Shown here one piece after another: positions 60,375 to 64,000 of a DNA stretch of 64,000 nucleotides (its first letter is position 1; the number at the start of each line of letters is the position of its first letter). The stretch lies in assembly GCA_964187785.1 (NCBI GenBank), contig OZ076419.1, positions 10,788,001 through 10,852,000 on the forward strand, read 5' to 3'. The translations under genes and the position numbers were made by a program. Source of the DNA: Amphiscolops sp. MND2022 (taxonomy: Eukaryota). The notes beneath the pieces were generated by a model. It was not told the DNA's origin and did no database searches. It saw only the letters and a list, made by a program, of their open reading frames with translations.

Positions 60375-63226
60375 ATCTCTTTACTGTAAGAGTCGCGTGT
60401 TTCGCTTCAAAAATGCTGAATAAAGGAACAAACAAGACTGAACAAAAGAATTTCAAATAGACTTTCTTTTCCAGCCAAAAGGGCAACTGGAACTAAAAAC
60501 TGGAAATACAAAGATCAATTTAGCACATTCAGAACGCTAAAAAACATCCTTGATGCAACGCGCGATTCTTGAAGATGACAGCCAAAGTTCTTATTCAACA
60601 TTATGTTCTAAGTTCAGTGATAGCATTTCAATTAATTTAAACGACAGTGTGAAATTGTGTAGCGGCGATGCAACGTACTACTGCAGACCCAAAGTTGTCT
60701 CCCCTGTTAATCATCGGTTATCTAACATGAAACATCAAGATACAGTATTGAAGTGATTGTTAGTCGTCCTTTTCGTTCAAGGACCATCAAGCATTCTGGC
60801 GAAGCGAAGCGGAAATTATTTCTTTCAATTGTTAGAGGCAACTTTCACTTTTTTGTCATTTTTAACCTTCGTGCAATTTTTTCACGTCCAGTAATATGTA
60901 TACGCGTTTCGTTTTTCAAAAATAAAACCGACTCTGGACTACCATCCAGTAAAAAAAGTATTGTTGACGGATGTTCCAATATAGACGTTTCCTGTTGGAA
61001 ACATTGATATGTCGAATCAGAACGCCAGTTTCTAATCATTTGGATACATTATGTTCGAAACCATTCAAGCAACTGGCCTAATCGGGAACTCTTCATTGTG
61101 CACACCATGGGGGTTTCTCGTGACACAACTTTCATTCCGCTAACGTGGTTTCTCGGTGCAAACTTTGACGGAAGGTGTTTCTTGATCAAGAACATTTTAG
61201 CTCATTTGGGTTTCTTTTTGAGACCAATATCTTCGCGACTTGCCTATATTTGTGATGCAGTGAAAAGTTTCCTGGTAAAAAAGCTCTAGGCAATTGCCAA
61301 TGTTCTAGTCCACGAGTGTTGAGCCAAAGCTGACTTCATCGAAGTATTCCGTAAGAAAAGTTGGTTGGTTGAAATTGAAATCCCAGTTCGAGACAAATGG
61401 TTGCTATTACCTCCGGAACCATTCGCAGTACTGGCATGATCTGTACCTAATTTTTCATGGTGCACTCCTGGGGCCTCGTGGAACTACTTTCCTCTCGCTA
61501 GTCACTGTAAAAGTCGCGTCTTTCTCTTCAAAAGTGCTGAATAAAGGAACAAACAAGACTGAACAAAAGAATTTCAAATAGATTTTCTTTTCCAGCCAAA
61601 AGGGCAACTGGAACTGAAAACTGGAATTACAAGAATCAGTTTAGCACATTCAAAACGCTAAAAACATCCTTGATGCAACAAGCGCAATTCTTGTAGATGA
61701 CAGTCAAAGTTCTTATTCAACATTATGTTCTAAGTTCAGTGATAGCATTTCAATTAATTTAAACGACAGTGTGAAATTGTGTAGCGGCGATGCAACGTAC
61801 TACTGCAGACCCAAAGTTGTCTCCCCTGTTAATCATCGGTTATCTAACATGAAACATCAAGATACAGTATTGAAGTGATTGTTAGTCGTCCTTTTCGTTC
61901 AAGGACCATCAAGCATTCTGGCGAAGCGAAGCGGAAATTATTTCTTTCAATTGTTAGAGGCAACTTTCACTTTTTTGTCATTTTTAACCTTCGTGCAATT
62001 TTTTCACGTCCAGTAAAATGTATACGCGTTTCGTTTTTCAAAAGTAAAACCGACTCTGGACTACCATCCAGTAAAAAAAAGTATTGTTGACGGATGTTCC
62101 AATATAGACGTTTCCTGTTGGAAACATTGATATGTCGAATCTGAACACCAGTTTCTAATCATTTGGATACATTATATTCGAACCCATTCAAGCAACTGGC
62201 TTAATCGGAAACTCTTCATTGTGCACACCATGGGGGTTTCTTGTGAAACAACATTCATTCCGCCAACGTGGCTTCTCGGTGCAATTTTTGACGGAAGGTG
62301 TTTCTTGATCAAAAAGAACATTTCTGCTCATTTGGGTTTCTTTCTGAGACCAATGTCTTCGCGAGATGCCTATGTTTGTGATGCAGTGAACAGTTTTCCT
62401 GTAAAAAAAGCTCGAGGCAATTGCCAATGTTCTAGTCCACGAGTTTTGAGCCAGAGCTGACTTCATCGAAGTATTCCGTTAGAAATGTTGGTTGGTTGAA
62501 ATTGAAATCCCATTTCGAGCCAAGTGGTTGCGAATACCTCCGGAACCATTCGAAGTACTGGCATGATCTGTACCTAGTTTTTCATAGTGCACTCCGCACT
62601 CCTGGGGCCTCTTGGAACTACTTTCCTCTCGCTAGTCACTGTAAAAATCGCGTCATTCTCTTCAAAAGTGCTGAATAAAGAAACAAACAAGACTGAACGA
62701 AAGAATTTCAAATAGATTTTCTTTTCCAGCCAAAAGGGCAACTGGAACTGAAAACTGGAATTACAAGAATCAGTTTAGCACATTCAAAACGCTAAAAACA
62801 TCCTTGATGCAACAAGCGCAATTCTTGTAGATGACAGTCAAAGTTCTTATTCAACATTATGTTCTAAGTTCAGTGATAGCATTTTTCAATTAATTTAAAC
62901 GACAGTGTGAAAATGTGTAGCGGCGATGCAACGTACTACTGCAGACCCAAAGTTGTCTCCCCTGTTAATCATCGGTGATCTAACATGAAACATCAAGATA
63001 CAGTATTGAAGTGATTGTTAGTCGTCCTTTTCGTTCAAAGACCATCAAGCATTCTGGCGAAGCGGAAATCATTTCTTTCAATTGTTAGAGGCAACTTTCC
63101 TTTTTGTCATTTTTAACCTACGTGCAATTTTTTCACGTCCAGTAATATGGATACGCGTTTTGTTTTTCAAAAATAAAACCGACTCTGGACTACCATCCAG
63201 TAGAAAAAGCACTGTTGACGGATGTT
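60375..63226. repeat. Tandem repeat, ~1.12-1.13-kb unit, about 2.5 copies
   Basis: Marker AAG(G/A)AACAAACAAGACTGAAC at ~60423, ~61544 and ~62678; units are colinear with scattered substitutions and small indels. Confidence 0.95.
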
Positions 63227-64000
63227 CTGAGCTGTTAAAAAGAGTGGTGGTTGTTTCTTTTAGATGTTTTATTATAGACATAAGAAGTCTAAGATTTTAA
63301 CAGCGGGGTCGTCTTACTTTTATCTTATAGCTAGCTAGGTCTAAGTACAATCTATTTCTGAGATCTCAGTTCTTGAAGTGCTGGAGAGAAGACCGATCGT
63401 CAGGATGAATTCTCAATTTCTCCGAGTAGATATATTATATTAACTAGGGTAGGTTTCATCAATTAACAATGTGACAGCAACAGGATGAATCTAAGAAGCT
63501 TGTTACAGGATATATTAAGTGAAGTTTCTTCTAGAATAATTAGCTTTCAAATGAGATTACTTTTACTAATTACTTTGGTTAAGAGTTCAAAGTATTTCAG
63601 ATTTGTAGAATCTTTGAGGACATGCATCATGGCATCACAATGAACCGGGAATTCAAACTTAAAATTACATATATGCACTTTGCTTTTGAGGAGTTCTAAA
63701 AGTTTTTGTTTTGAATGTTATATGCATGAGTTTGTGTTGTACTTGAGTTGCATGAGTTTCGTTCTGTAGTGTACCATACTTAAGGAGTGAGAACAACCTA
63801 TTACGATTTGACTTCTTACGTCATAGACGATTCAATTGGTGCAAAAAGGTTCAAGTTTTTCAGTTTCTTTGACTGACAGTTTTCGATCGAGTTATTGTTG
63901 ACAACTATTTAGTATTTCATGTTTCTTTTCGTATCAGCCATCGGCTTGTTTGAAAATTTTTTTTCATCAACATGAGTTAGTCAGCATTGAAAACTTTTCA

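Noticed and set aside
63230-64000. Gene or TE in the window end
   Set aside because: No ORF or recognisable motif; left unannotated.

Overview
AT-rich, repeat-dense animal (invertebrate-like) nuclear DNA. The species cannot be fixed from the sequence alone. Three host genes are supported: (1) the last coding exon of proline dehydrogenase PRODH (+, ~35-619); (2) a complete 5-exon PREB/SEC12 gene (+, 4527-29736, ~397 aa) with a 19.7-kb second intron; (3) a 6-exon gene (-, 58400-55387) for a ~879-aa predicted secreted protein built almost entirely of 19 LDL-receptor class A repeats. The rest is mostly nested mobile DNA. It includes a 5'-truncated LINE, hAT-type and MULE/Merlin-type MITEs with clear TSDs, a decayed Gypsy element with a 3.77-kb tandem duplication, a second Gypsy gag remnant, and a decayed BEL/Pao (-) containing a hAT transposase. 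A nearly intact BEL/Pao (+) carries unexplained accessory ORFs upstream of gag. Two families of DINE-1/HINE-like non-autonomous Helentron elements carry tRNA-like cassettes, and a ~1.13-kb tandem repeat lies near the window end. The most interesting feature is not evident from any single ORF in the track. It is a decayed minus-strand reading frame at ~17.8-22.1 kb that can be stitched across frameshifts into Helitron-like Rep, then a PIF1 helicase (motifs I-VI), then an SLX1-like GIY-YIG nuclease. It is bracketed on both sides by pairs of the same 20-bp motif. All family assignments are from motif recognition by eye; no database search was run.
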